Part shown: in pieces, positions 1 through 13,815 of the stretch
Layout: each line of letters opens with the position of its first letter
How positions within the stretch are numbered: the stretch's first letter is position 1
Source of the DNA: Camelus dromedarius
Taxonomy: Eukaryota
Direction of reading: 5' to 3'
NCBI RefSeq assembly: GCF_036321535.1
Contig: NC_087436.1
Location: forward strand, 45,696,001-45,760,000
DNA: 64,000 bases
Made by a program: the position numbers and the translations under genes
The notes under the pieces: generated by a model
The model's database searches: none
Told to the model about the DNA's origin: nothing
Seen by the model: only the letters and a program-made list of their open reading frames with translations

Positions 1-155
1 ATATAGCACAGGGAACTACATTCAACATCTTGTAATAAACTATAACGGAACAGAATTTTAAAAGAATATATACATATATATGTTTAACTGAATCACTCTG
101 CTGTACAGCTGAAACTAACACAATATTGTAAATCAACTATACTTCAATGAAAAAC
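1..155 (+). mobile_element. L1 3' end (cetartiodactyl type)
   Basis: GAATCACTCTGCTGTACAGCTGAAACTAACACAATATTGTAAATCAACTATACTTCAAT tail motif. Confidence 0.8.
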
Positions 156-459
156 AACATACAGCCTTCTAATCTTTCAAGATTTCTCTTTCCTCTTGTC
201 TAAATCTAGGAATGACCTATCACTTGAACTCATCTTATGATTTTTCTAAATAAAATTCATAAGCCATGCAATCCAAACATCAGCCTCTCTCAGGAAACAA
301 TGTAGATTTCAAAACAAAGTAGGTAGGGTAATGGGCTTATGTCTCATTGGTTACTGAATTACAGCTCCTTCTTTTCAAAAAGATTTTCAAAAACTTGATT
401 TTACTTAAAATGAAAGGATAGCTAAACAATAAAATTTTAAATCAAGAATTGAAAGTCAA

Positions 460-514
460 TTTGACACAACATTGTAAAATGACTAACTCAATAAAAAAAG
501 TTTAAATAAAAAAA
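460..514 (+). mobile_element. Very short 5'-truncated L1 tail
   Basis: GACACAACATTGTAAAATGACTAACTCAATAAA; TSD AAGAATTGAAA(G/A)TCAA at 444-459 and 515-530. Confidence 0.75.
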
Positions 515-722
515 AAGAATTGAAAATCAAAAGACATTAAAAGGATGAGGAAGGCATGCCAGCCATACCATTTCTGCACATTTGAACAAATCTCATGTAT
601 TTTCTTGGTTTCTGATTCCACTGACCACCTGAGGTCTTAACGACAAATTTTGTACATTAGCACAGCAAACATGAACTGTCACGTGACGTCTGCAGAAAGG
701 TCTTTATTTTCACAAATACTTA

Positions 723-857
<135 letters not shown>

Positions 858-1544
858 TTACATCAACTTTACTTTTTAAACAAAAATACTCCTTTCCCCT
901 CTTACTTACTGAAAAGCAATGACAGACATTCTAAACTACCCCAATTGCACGTGTGCATGTGCACACACACATTCTCACACACGTCAGAACGTGCCCACAA
1001 ATTCTATTTTTTTTTTTAACACAGTGTTTTAATTAGTTTCCCAATATTTATCCCCAGCAATTAAAATACACAGTGAAAGGATAAAGTAAGAAGGGGACTG
1101 TGTCAGTGGGCCGGCAGGGATAAAGCCAGAAGTGTAAATACCACCATTCCTTTCTCTTCACAACCTCCCAGCTCCTGCTGAAACCAGTAAAAGCCAGAGG
1201 AATCTCAGCCTCTTGGCCACAGACCATGGGGAGGAGAGAGAGTAGACCTGTAAGGGTCACAAAGACAGTCAGCACAAGGACAGTAGGGGGACAGTTATAT
1301 TGACTTTTAATTTTCTTCCATGTGATTCTAAGACAAATGGGAGTACTGAAATATTTGCTGCTCTTTACATTAAAAAAAAATGTAATAACCCTTTAGAATC
1401 TGGAAGGGAAGAAAACTCTTGTTTTCTAATTTTTCCATGTATTTGTCAAACAAATCTGTATTATCATATAAACATTTACTAAGTACCTATTGTGTGCCAG
1501 GGATTGGCCTAAGCACTGGAGACACAACAGTAAACAAAGATCAG

Positions 1545-1630
1545 CAGGAGAGCAAGAGGGAGGGACAGGAAGGGGAGGGGAGGGAGGGAGGGAGGAAGGC
1601 AAGAGGGGAGGGAAGAGAGGGAGAGGGAAT
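1545..1630. repeat. Polypurine (GGGA/GA-rich) tract
   Basis: GAGGGAGGGACAGGAAGGGGAGGGAGGGAGGGAGG... Confidence 0.85.
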
Positions 1631-3809
1631 TACAAAACAGAAGATAAAGATTGCAACTGGCAGATTCCGAGCAGGCTGGCAGGTGGCTTGCTGAAGTGCA
1701 CTGTGAGCTCTCCTGGGCTTCCAGCCCCAGCAGCTTTCTGAAGCAGGCAGGGCCATAAGCAGAGGGGATTAAAAGAACCTCTCTTCTCCACCACATGCAG
1801 CCTGCTCCCCTGTTCCCCGCTTGCAAACTAGAAACTACAACTATCTTTAATTTATTCAACAAATATCTGGAAAGGCCTATCCCTTGTTCTTGTAAGCAAT
1901 GTGTACAAGCAACAGGCCTGCCCCGAAACACAGGGCAGGACAATTCCCTCTCCCCTGTCCTGCAAAACACTAAGGAGATCCCCAGGGTGTCTATTCAAAT
2001 GCCCCTTCTAGCCAGTGGTGGGGAATCGGCTTGATCTCCTCTTCCTCATGGGCCATATGCAGGAGGGAGGTAAAAGGTAAAACTGGCTCAGAACCTGGGC
2101 TGGGTCAAGTACGCTTTGCAAACTACCAGCTCAGGGCAGTGGATAATTTGAAACCATTTATATACTCCAGTGCCACTTTTTAAAAGATAATTTGAGTGGT
2201 CACCAGAAGGGTACTGCTGGGTGGAAGGTACTTTTGAACTCTATGAGTCAAATTCACTAAGTCACAACTGTCACCGTGACTGCTCCCTTGGTGGAGGGAA
2301 GGAATTCTGAGACCACTTGCTGGTGACCAGGGGAGATAAAACTGTCAGTTCTGATCTCATTGCTACATCATCTCCAAATTCTTACTGTTTTGAGGAGTGA
2401 GGTGATGAGAACTGAGACCGACACAAGCTCCTGACTCGAGCTCTCTCAGGCAGGACTAATGGAATTTCCTCTCAAAGCTCCCCACGGGGTCACCCAATAA
2501 CACACTTCTATTTGATTCAGCCGAAAAGCACATCTCAAACTCCAGTGTTGGTCATGAGAAAGCAAAGACAAGGACGGACATGCGGGTTCACATGAGTTGA
2601 AGCAGAGTCCTTAATCTAGTGGAGCGTCTTGCTCTTTCTATTCATTATCTACTTGGTCTCAACGCCACTGGGATTCTCTAAATCCATCCTGTACCAGGGC
2701 AAGAGTTGTCCATCCAACAACCATAGAAGAGTGATTTTTACCTCATGGTAATTTTTGTTACCTCAAAAGGATGAGCACACAGCTATCTTACATTGTTTCC
2801 CTCTTGATTCTCTTCACTAGGCATTTGACTTTAGGAATCATGATTTCTTAATGCTAAACAAAAGCATTGCCAGTGGAATTGTCAATTTGCTTCCTTCCTA
2901 CAGTTAGATGTTCATTTGAATCTGTCTTTTCCTAAGCCAATATAAACTGTAAGCATCCATTCTGGTTCTTTTACTTGGTTAAAAGTTACCATATAATCTA
3001 ATATCACAAGCTTGGAATCCCAGTTATTTAAATCCAATTGCTAGCTAATATCAAGGTTTTCCAACTATAAACCTCTCATTTCCAGACAAATTAAAGGTTT
3101 TCTCTTAGCAGCTGCCTTTGGAGGGAAGAGAACTTGAGAAGGGCTTGTTATTACTCAAGTCAATGAACTAGAGAATCTGAGGTCTGATCCTACAGGATAC
3201 GATGATGCCGGTCTATCTCCCGAAGGCATTGCTTCGGCAGTAGGTACTATGGTGCTATTAATTAAACACTTAAAATTAGAGGTGCCATGCGAACGTGGGA
3301 AATATGAGGAGACCAGCATCCTTAGAGGGGCTGAAAGCGGCTGACATCTGCTGTCCCAATCAACGTTTCTGAAAACAGTCGTGTACAAACTCTGTTATTA
3401 TGCACAGCTAACATTTTAAATGTCTTTTTAAGTAGGTTCAACACAGAGAAGGCTGTTTTTATGATTTTTATCACTATTACAACTAAAGTTATATGAAGTT
3501 ATATTTTCATTTGTTATATGACTCTGGGTTAAGCATATTTATCAACTCCAGTTGTTGGAGGCAATACATACCTATGATTATTAAAAACATAAGCTTTAGA
3601 AATGGTCATCCTTCCATTTGAAATCCAGATCCAGTACTTGCTGGCTGCTTTACCTTGGGGAAGTTATTTCACCTCTTTGATTCTCAATTTTTTATCTTTT
3701 AGTTGGGGATATGAAAACTTACCTTCTGGGGAGTCAGTATGGATATAAAGCTCTTAGTGCACTATCTGGTACATCTCAATTATTGAACAAGTGAATAAAT
3801 ACCCAAAGG

Positions 3810-3836
3810 AATGAATGAATGAATGAATGAATGAAA
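3810..3836. repeat. (GAAT)n microsatellite, typical of an L2/MIR tail
   Basis: GAATGAATGAATGAATGAATGAATGAA. Confidence 0.9.
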
Positions 3837-5108
3837 ATGTACTCACTCTGGATACAGATATGCCATAGTATTGATAACTGTGTATCACAGCATACATCTG
3901 GCTCATTTTTAAAAGCCCATTTGTTTCCCATGGGTTATCCAGATCAAAAGAGATTTTCTGGTACATAGAAGGCCCACCCCTAAGCATATAAAGCCAATCC
4001 CTAAGACTTCTTCCTCTATGTTGACAACATTTGATTTCAGAGGCAAAACCCCAGTGACTTCCCCTTCTTTTACTTTAACATAGTTGCACAGGTGCCAGAT
4101 GTTCAGGTTTGCTACCATGTCACTCCACAGCTTTAAGTTACTCTGTAAAAGTAACCCAGAGCATGGAACCTCTAATCCTCTCCTGTGAGGTACTCTGTGG
4201 TTAGCTCCTCCTTACTCAGAAGCAAAGAAGTGGGCTCTCCTCTCACTAGCACACAGAAGGGATGCAGCCACTTCCCTCCCCACTCCTCCTCCCACCTGCA
4301 GCATTCCTAGGGTTCACAGGCCACACACACACACCCCCCACCCCCAGGTACAGCAGTGCTTCTTGCAGTCCCAAGAGCAGTGTGCCCAGAGGACAGACAC
4401 AGTACAACTTCTCTCTGGTTCTGTTATTTTCCATCAAAGGGAAAGCAGACCATCTTCCCTACCTCATGAGGACTTTCCTCACAATTCCAATGTGAAGCTC
4501 TCACTCCCTCCTTCATGCTCACTTAACCAAGAGCCAATATGCAGGTTCTAGTCAAGACTTGTCACTTGGATGTTGTGCAACCTCAAATAAATCACTTAGC
4601 CTTTCTGAGCCTTAGTTTCCTCATATGTAAAATGAGGAGGTTGGGCAGGCTGATCACGGAAGCCCCTCCCAGAGCTCCCTGTGAGAGTGTCTACCCTTCA
4701 TATGGCAGTTATTTATGTATGGCCTTATGACACTCCTTGTACTGAGATTTAGATCAAGCAGTTGTAGTAGTTTCTCCTAGGTATGTTGTTGCCTTACTTC
4801 TGCAGCTAAACTGTGAGTTGACTGGAAACATGGACCAGTCCTCGTGCTCCTTTGTATCTCCCACGCTACCTCGCACAGAGCCTGATCCACAGCAGATGCT
4901 CAGAGGATGCTTCTTGATTGTATCCATACAGTTTCTCTGATTACAACAGCCTGAAGTGCAAAAACACACGCTACTCTCTTGCTCCTCAGAATCTGCCCAT
5001 GGATACAGACCTTGAAAGATACAATCTTGATGAAAGGAGGGCTGCCCTGCTTGGTGGTGGGGAGAGGGTGGAGGGACTGTGGACAGCACTGGGGGCATCT
5101 TTCCTTTA

Positions 5109-5378
<270 letters not shown>

Positions 5379-6309
5379 CTACAAAAGAGAACATAGGCAT
5401 TTCTGTCTGATTTGTTTTAAAAATTAATATAAAATATATAAAACAGGGTTAGTAAATCTTTATATCATACAGTGTAATCATTAAGATCTTGGCTTTGGAG
5501 ATAGACACAGAGGTGGAGAACTGAACTCCACCTCTGCTGCTTCCCAGGTATGTGTAAACTCAAACAAGTTACTCACTGTTTCAGAGGCTCAGTTTCCTCA
5601 CTGGTAAAATGGGGATAATACTACCAAGCATATTAGCTGTCTAAATGTTTAACTCCTTAGCCCTGTGCCTGGCACATATTTCTGTTGCTACAGGTAATTT
5701 GTCCATCTTTGATCATTGGTCAAAAACAAAGCCATTGTACTTGAACGCTGATGGCTTCTAGAGCCTGAAAGGGAGCAAAGATGAACAGTTTAATGAGGGC
5801 TGCAACCTGGGCTTTATCTTCTGCTCAATCCACAGGGCTCCACGACAAGTCAGGAGACACAGCTTGCTCTCCTAGTTTTGGCACTTATTTGTTTGATGGC
5901 CTTGGTTAAGTCATTTAATCTCAATTTTCTCAGCCATAAAAATGAAGTTAGCTTAGGTATTTGCTAAAGTTCCTTTCATCTCTAACCATACATAATTTTA
6001 TTTTAATTAATCCATCTTATCCAATAGGACATACCTTGCAGGATCAAAGTTCTTTTTCAGCCTAGTATGCAGACTATCAAACAGGGACAAGACTAAAAAG
6101 TACTATGGGTCAGCTGACAACTTAATGATAGCATTTGTGGAATAATAACTGTGAGTACATATATGTATATAAACCTATCATCAATAATGAGAGTATTTAC
6201 AAAACAGTAATTCATTAAATAATGAGTTATTTTTCTGGATAAAATAGAAAAAGTTCTATTTCATAATATAAAAATGGACACTTCTCACATTAAAAAACAC
6301 TCCTCTAGT

Positions 6310-6475
6310 GCTCTGTTTCTCAAACTCAAATGTGCATACAAAACACCTGGTAATCTTGTTAAAATGCAGATTCTGAATCAGTGGTTGAGGTGGAGCCTGA
6401 GAACCTGCAGTTCTAACAAGCTCCAGCTGATGATGTTAGTGCTGTTGGTCCCAGGACCACAGTTTAAGCAGCAAG
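6310..6475. mobile_element. MER5-family hAT-Charlie element
   Basis: CACCTGGTAATCTTGTTAAAATGCAGATTCTG...TTCTAACAAGCTCC motif. Confidence 0.75.
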
Positions 6476-7610
6476 AAAATGAGAACACTGAGCAGAGAAA
6501 TGCAAAACCATGAATAAGTCACAAGACTAGAAGTTCCTTCTAGGTCTCCTTATTCACCTAAGCTGTAAAAAAAATATTGACTGTGCGAAAAAGCTAATGT
6601 GGTAATAAATGAATCTTGAATTGTTTCTATTAATTTTTTCTGTTAATATAATTATTCTATAGAGTCACATAGATTCAGCTCTTTAAGAAAGAAGAATTGT
6701 TTGCTAGTAGTGTTTAATTATAAAACTTCTATTTGCAAAAATAATTATATTTGGCTATGAATCCATACCAATTAAACACAGAATCAATTTGCTTCACTCT
6801 GTCTATTTTGGCCATTTACCAGGTATTTACCAGAATGCGTCAAAGACAAGAAGAAACGAAAACACAAAGTTTGAAATTCTAGGAATTAATGTAGTATTTA
6901 GTAATAACTAAATAATTATGGAGATTAATAACTGTAAATTTATAATTATTGGGTGATTAATCTCCAGAAGACACAGTACATATCATTTCAAGCACATTCT
7001 AACCTAGTGCAAATATAACTAAGAAATTAAAGACCAAATGGTCAGCTGACTGGGTTGATAACAGAAATTCTAATGTTCAAAAAAAAATTCATGTAAAATT
7101 ACTATGTAAATAACGTTGTGTTAGACTGCCATTCATCCATGAGCCACACAACTTAGGGACATTTCTTGATTTTCATGGTTAGGAGGTCACTGAATTCCCT
7201 CCCTTGATGACATGTACTAAATGCAAATTACTTCCTACGCTGCACCCCAACCTCCCACTTGCCCCACTAACAGCAAATAGATAAAAATCGATTTATGGAG
7301 CTCCTCCTACGTGTATGGCACTGTGCTAGCTTTCCACTGTCACCTCTAAAGAGGAAACTAAACTTCAGATCCTGCTCAGTCATCCCCTATAAAATGGCTG
7401 AATCACATCAAGGACCAAGGCTGGGTTATGGTAAGAGAAACATCCTCAAAGTTTTCTGAAATGATGTTTCATTATCTATATTAAATTTTTTCTTTTCCTA
7501 ATCATTCTGAGCTTAGCAGAGGCTTCTCAAGTAGCCCGGGTCATCTGTTAGGATAAAATCCTCTATTCTGTCCTTAAAGCACAAGCACATCTATCCAAGC
7601 AGCAAAATCA

Positions 7611-7763
<153 letters not shown>

Positions 7764-8829
7764 TCAAATATGGCTGCATTTAACATATGCCTTGGAATCC
7801 GAAAAGCACTTCTGACTCTTCTCATTCATTGCACCCTCTTCCTTAATTTCTAGTGGACTTGTTTTCTTAATTTCCCACCAGTGTGGTGGAGGTTAAGATA
7901 AGCAAGAAGACCTTCTTTTCTATGAGGTAAAATATGGCCAGAATTTCATCACTGGTTTCCACCTTGTCTAGGTGCCCGCTTTTAAAATGCAAACTACTTA
8001 CAGAAAGAACCAGTATTAAATAACAAACATCTTAGCTAAATGATGCAAGTCTTAGTGCTGTAATCTCTTTGATTCAGAGATACTAAGACATTAATATTAG
8101 CAGATAGTATTAATTCATGTCCAAATAAATACCTTTCTCTGGCCTGGGCACTTCTGAAATGGAAGTATGATTATGTGAGTTAATAACAAGAACCCTGATA
8201 ATTTTCAGAGCTCGAATTATGCTACATTCACTAAGGCTCTGAGAAGTTAAGAGTACTGGGGTCTGAGTAAGGCAAGTTCTGCAGGCTCATCATTATGTTA
8301 TCCCAGATTACAGGTGTAATGAAATCCAGGGGAGATTAAATTAACTTTGTATAGATCTCAGATTTCCAAGGCTACTGAAGGACACAAGAGATGTAGTATC
8401 ACAAGATGAAAAAAATAGTTGAGGCACACAATTCATATTGAATTTTGTCATGAAAAGGACCGAACTTGTCAAAGTATTATGATTATTATTATATTCACTG
8501 GACATGAAAATCAAATCAATCAACAAATGCCTCAATTATAACATGTTTTAAGACTATTCCGGTTATGACTTTCATATACACATTAATGTCATATTTGATG
8601 TTGTACCAAATTTTTGCTCAATGCTAATTAACTTCAAAATATTCCTCAATTATTATTTATATGATAATAATTTATTATTTATATTTACAATGTATTTTGT
8701 TTTCCATTTCCAAAAGTAAAAGATCAGACTTTATATGCAGAAGCCAAAAGTAATTTAATACTCTTTCTAAATAAAACATTTTCACATAATCTTTTTGCAG
8801 AGATGCACTTTCAAACGTTCACAGCACTA

Positions 8830-8970
<141 letters not shown>

Positions 8971-9858
8971 TTACTTGATAATGATGGTATGTCATGCAAA
9001 ACTGTATCAATTTTTCATCAAAAGACTGAAGTGAACCTAATATATGTTGATTTCTAAAACCATTTCCACAATCATTCATACTGCTGCAATCAAGTTTATT
9101 TGTCAGAGATTAGGAGGAAAATGTCACTATACTCTAACCTCCCTATAACCTGACATTTTTTTTCTCTTCATTTAAACTGACATCTTGAATGTTAACCCTT
9201 CATATCCCAATGGCCCTTGTCTTCCTGCTCTATCTTTGAGTTTGTGAACAAGTATACTGGCACCTGGCTGGAATAAGAAATGCATTTGATGAGTCTGGCA
9301 GCTGGTCTAACTTTTCCTAGTGATTAGCATATTTTTTTTCTCTCAGATATTTGGTCTCTTGACTTCTTTTGCTTTTTTTATGAAAAAGAAACAAAAAGTC
9401 ACATATAACTCTTCCACTAATTCTGAGTTACAACCTTCCCTCTATATGCTTAAGTGTCTATGAAGATAAAAGTAGAGAGGTATTTACAAGTGCAAGGAAC
9501 AGGCTAAGCATCCCAAATCCACTATCTTGTTTAATACTGGCCCCAAGTCCAGGAGGCAGGTATCATTAACCTCTACTGACAAGGAAATAGACCAAAAGAG
9601 GGCAAGTAACTAGTCCAAAACAACACTGCCAGTAACTGGTGATGCTACCTCAGGGCTGTCCAGCTTTGAAGTTCTTGCTCATTATCACTATACTACTTAA
9701 AAATTAACAAACAAACAAACAAAAAACCCCAAAATCCTATTTAAATCAATATGTTAATACTTTAGGCAAGTATCTTTCAACACGTAATGTTGGAAAATCT
9801 ATTCTCCTTTATCAGTAGATGCAATTTTTAGGTGTCACTTAGAAAATGAGTGTTTTCA

Positions 9859-10011
<153 letters not shown>

Positions 10012-11853
10012 TTAATGAAAAATAAGGTCAAGATTAGTGTTAAATCAGATATGTGGAAATTTAGTAAAATCAATTGCTAATTTCAAAAATAATATCCTGA
10101 AGTGAGTAAGTTAAATAAAGATCAAACATTTATGAATTGCTGTGGCAGTGGAGATAAAAAAAATAAAGAAAAAAATTTCAAATCTAAAAAAATTAAAGAT
10201 TTCTAATTCTGGAAAATGACTCTAGTTTTCTCAAAGCTTCTTTTCTGTCAAACAATACTTTTAAAGTTATTATCATCAAAATTCCAAAATATTTTAAATG
10301 GAACTTGGGAAAATGATTCTCAAGTTCCTCTGGAAAACAAATTGTATGTGTAAGAAAACTAAAAACATTGTATGACTGTGGTTAGGTGTAGAAAGAGAAT
10401 GAGCGGCTCTAAACAAATATTAAAATGTATTATGAAGGTCAAAGAACTACAACAGTGGGTAATGAGTGCAGGAATAGGCCAAGAGGATAATAGAACTATA
10501 CAGAAACCTTGTTTTAGAAAAGACTCAAGCACATGTAAGAATACAGCATATGATAAAGGCATTTTAAATAATTGTGAATGTGAAAGATCATCCCGTAAAT
10601 GGTAGAGAAATAACTGAGTAATGATTTGAGGTAAAATTTAAATCCCTACCCTACACCATACATCAAAATAAATTCCAAATAAAATATATACCACAGAAGT
10701 TCTTGAAGTTTTGACAGTCAAGTGAAATTATGTGTGTCCTGCCTGGCACATGGTGGACTCTGTAACGCATTAACATCAAGCACTTGAGTGTACCTGCCCA
10801 TTGGTAAACCACATTGTATTAGATGAAGGGAAAGTTCCATAGACAGTCACAAAGGTAGTGGGCAATTTCCAAGAAATTCATTACCAGCCATCACATTTTT
10901 CTGTTCCTTGTTTCCCAAGCACAAATGACCCAGACAAACCCATTCCCCATCATCTCTGAATCAGTGATAGACAATATACATGATTTTAAACATTTATTTC
11001 TACTTAGCTATGTTGGTACAATCAATAAGAAATCTATAAGAAAGTATCTGAATATGTAATCCTAAATTTGAATTGAGAATGTCCATATGAACACATAATG
11101 TATTTCTCTTTTTTAAAAGTGTATTCCTAGTTCTGATGCCCCAAAAGGCCCAGAAACAAAGACTAACTTTGTAGCAAATTACGTTATCTAAATACAATTT
11201 CTCAACAAAAGGAAGCAGTGGCCTTGAGAGATTGTTGGTTCTAGGTCTAGATTACAGAATGTACAAGAGGAGCCTGGAATATATGTCCTACCAGGTAAGA
11301 GGAAACTATCAAAGACTACTGGCATCAGGAACCCATTTGAAGAGGCTCCACCAGCCAAAGAGGAGACAATTTGCTCATCAGTAAGAATAACAACTGCAGT
11401 GGATTGAAACATATTAAAAATGTTTTTAAAAATCTAGGCGTTCATAATAATACTTAAAAAAAAAAAACTGGCCACCCTAAGAAGGTGTTAAGGAACAAAC
11501 CCATTATTCTAAATATAAGTAAACAAAGAAAAAAAAATTCAACATTCAGCCTGCCTTAACTGTAAAAATTGTATGTTGGGGTAATCAAACAGTTCATGAG
11601 AAAAGATCTCTTCATAAAGGTATTACAATTAATAATTTAAAAGAAATATTAGAACTATATATCACCATTCGAAACTCTTGATTAAATAATGGATCTAGAA
11701 AACGAGTGTTATGGCTGCTACAACCATCCCCTGAAAGACCATTGGGCTGTTTCTCGCTCCCAGCTGTCTTGGCACCTGCTCTTGGTTGAGGCGGGTCCCA
11801 CATCTAAGACAGAAAAATTGCGGAAGAAAAAAAGACAAAAAAAGCCCCTGGAA

Positions 11854-11977
11854 GGGGGAGGGTATAGCTCAAGTGGTAGAGGGCATGCTTAGCATGCACG
11901 AGGGCCTGGGTTCAATCCCCAACACCTCCTCCAAATATAAATAAAAAATAAACTTAATTACCTCCCCCTCATAAAAC
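11854..11977 (+). mobile_element. tRNA-derived SINE (camelid Vic-1-like) inside the RPL30 pseudogene
   Basis: GGGGAGGGTATAGCTCAAGTGGTAGA A-box, GGTTCAATCCCC B-box, A-rich tail; TSD AAAAAAAG(C/T)CCCTGGAA at 11837-11853 and 11978-11994. Confidence 0.9.
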
Positions 11978-12213
11978 AAAAAAAGTCCCTGGAATCATCA
12001 ACTCTAAGTTCCGACTCCTTATAAAAAGTGGAAAGTAAGTATTGTGGGTACAGGAAAATGTTCAGACAAGGCAAAGGGAAACTGTCCATCCTTGCCAAAA
12101 AATGCCCAGCCTTGAGGGAATCTGAAACAGAGTACTACACCATGCCGCCCATCCTTGCAGTGGCAATAATACTGAATTTGGCACAGCATGTGGAAAATAC
12201 TACAGGGTATGCA

Positions 12214-12712
12214 AGTCACCGGCCCTGCCCACTGGGGTCCTCGGGAAAAGACAGAATTTACGTGATAAGGCCCAACCTCTTCTTTGGGCTTAGTCTCGGT
12301 TCACTTGCCTGTGGCGAGTGCCGTGTGCAAAGGTCTTCCGCCTAAGACATCGGATTGGAGGCGGCAGAGACACCTCACGTCGGGACCGGGCGCGGAGCAG
12401 CTGTGCACACCTCCAACCAAGATGGCGGCACCAGGCGTTTGCGGAGACGCTCTGCCTGCGCTGTGATCTGGAGCTGAGAGGCGCAGCTGCGCCTGGTCTC
12501 GCGAGAACTCCGCACCCTCCCGAGCTGAGGAGATCCGTATAAGGCAGCCCTGTTGGCGCCTTTCGGAGAGAGCATGTGCTGGCGCTTCTTTATTCCTAAA
12601 TCAAAAAATATCTTCCCTTTGCCTCTGCACAGAACTTGGTCTCCTTCTATTGGCCCGACGGACGCCGGGCAGGAGGACCCTTGCTGGGATGGATGCAGGA
12701 CGGTCGGTAACA
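12214..12712 (+). mobile_element. CpG-rich solo LTR (ERV1-like) inside the RPL30 pseudogene
   Basis: 499-bp insert splitting RPL30 at TGCA|TGCA (4-bp TSD at 12210-12213 and 12713-12716); imperfect terminal inverted repeats AGTCACCGGCC / GGTCGGTAACA; TATAAGG at 12538; its 3' end (ATTGGC...GGACC...CGGTAACA) resembles that of the LTR at 33949-34462. Confidence 0.75.
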
Positions 12713-13608
12713 TGCACGCTGGCTATTACTGACCCAGGTGATTCTAATATCGTTAGAAGAATGCCAGAAAGGACTGGTGAAAAGTAAATCATGCGTATTT
12801 TTTCCTCAGTAAAACTGTCTTGAAAAAGAAGGACCATTGGGAACTTTATAACGGATGACAGAAAGAGAAACCACCAGATGTTATGTGTCTCCTGATGGAA
12901 GAATAAACACACCTATTAAGTATTATTGACAAAATTTCAAAGCTGAATCTGATCAAGGCTTTAGATCTAACTACAAGTTTGCAGAAGGACAGGGACATTT
13001 AGGTGTGTTAAATCCAGAGTGTGAGAAACTGCAGGAAAAATATGGTTTCTTCTGTAAAAGTTGCAAGGGGAAAAAAAGAGGAGAGTAAATCCATAGGATA
13101 AAAGAGAGAGGTATCAAGCTAATACAACACATGGAGCTTGTTTGGATACTTAGCCAAACATATCAACCGTTAAATATTCTTTTAATAATTCGAATACTGA
13201 CTAGTGTTTGCTGTTACTAGGAATACTGTTAACTTTTTAAGTTCTGATAATGGTATTGTGGTTATACCTGAAAACTGGCTGGGTATTACATGGTACTAGG
13301 GAATTACAGCTAGTTTTTTAGATATAATAATGTATCACGGTTGTGTTTCTTACGTGCTTATCTTTCAGAGATATATAATGAAATATAATAAAATATGGAT
13401 AAACAAACAGTAAAATATATAAATGCATGCTTATTTCCTAACCTTGGAGGTTTTGATTTAACAGATCTAGGGTAGAGCCCAGTCATTCATGTTTTAAAAA
13501 GCAAAATAAAATAAAACCCTGAGGTAATTTTGATGCATACTGTTGATCAAAGACCACCAACCCAGACTGTGGCCACCTTAGAAACATCAGTGAAAATGAA
13601 GGAAATCA

Positions 13609-13815
<207 letters not shown>

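Larger units (their letters stand above)
11747..12828 (+). pseudogene. RPL30: RPL30 processed pseudogene, interrupted by a SINE and a solo LTR
   Basis: Intronless similarity to RPL30: pyrimidine-rich 5' UTR, KK.LES.NS...[32 protein letters not shown] (RPL30 [28 protein letters not shown]), [15 protein letters not shown], then [23 protein letters not shown] ending at 12787. Start codon lost, internal stop and frameshifts present. TSD AAAGACCATTGGG (11734-11746) / AAGGACCATTGGG (12829-12841). Confidence 0.93.
11170..13380 (+). mobile_element. Old L1MC-like 3' region, host of the RPL30 pseudogene (split at 11734-12841)
   Basis: Motifs such as GAATCTGATCAAGGCTTTAGATCTAAC and GATAATGGTATTGTGGTTAT; similar to 19540-20130; boundaries approximate. 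Confidence 0.55.

Noticed and set aside
2640..2830. Possible cryptic YWTD-like exon on the minus strand (DLENPSGV)
   Set aside because: Only a short chance-level resemblance followed quickly by a stop; exons 11 and 12 already join in frame.
11854..11930. tRNA-like sequence (A and B boxes), also at 22261, 25200, 39350, 41208 and 43555
   Set aside because: These are diverged dispersed copies with A-rich tails and TSDs, i.e. tRNA-derived SINEs rather than tRNA genes.
12028..12345. 105-aa ORF resembling RPL30 as a functional gene
   Set aside because: It starts at GTG, is frameshifted relative to RPL30 and runs into the LTR; it is a pseudogene fragment.
12418..12466. AAGATGGCGGC as the start (MAAPG...) of a second retrocopied mRNA
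   Set aside because: The ORF closes after 14 codons and there is no poly(A) or long TSD. The 4-bp TSD and terminal inverted repeats fit an LTR containing a YY1 site better.
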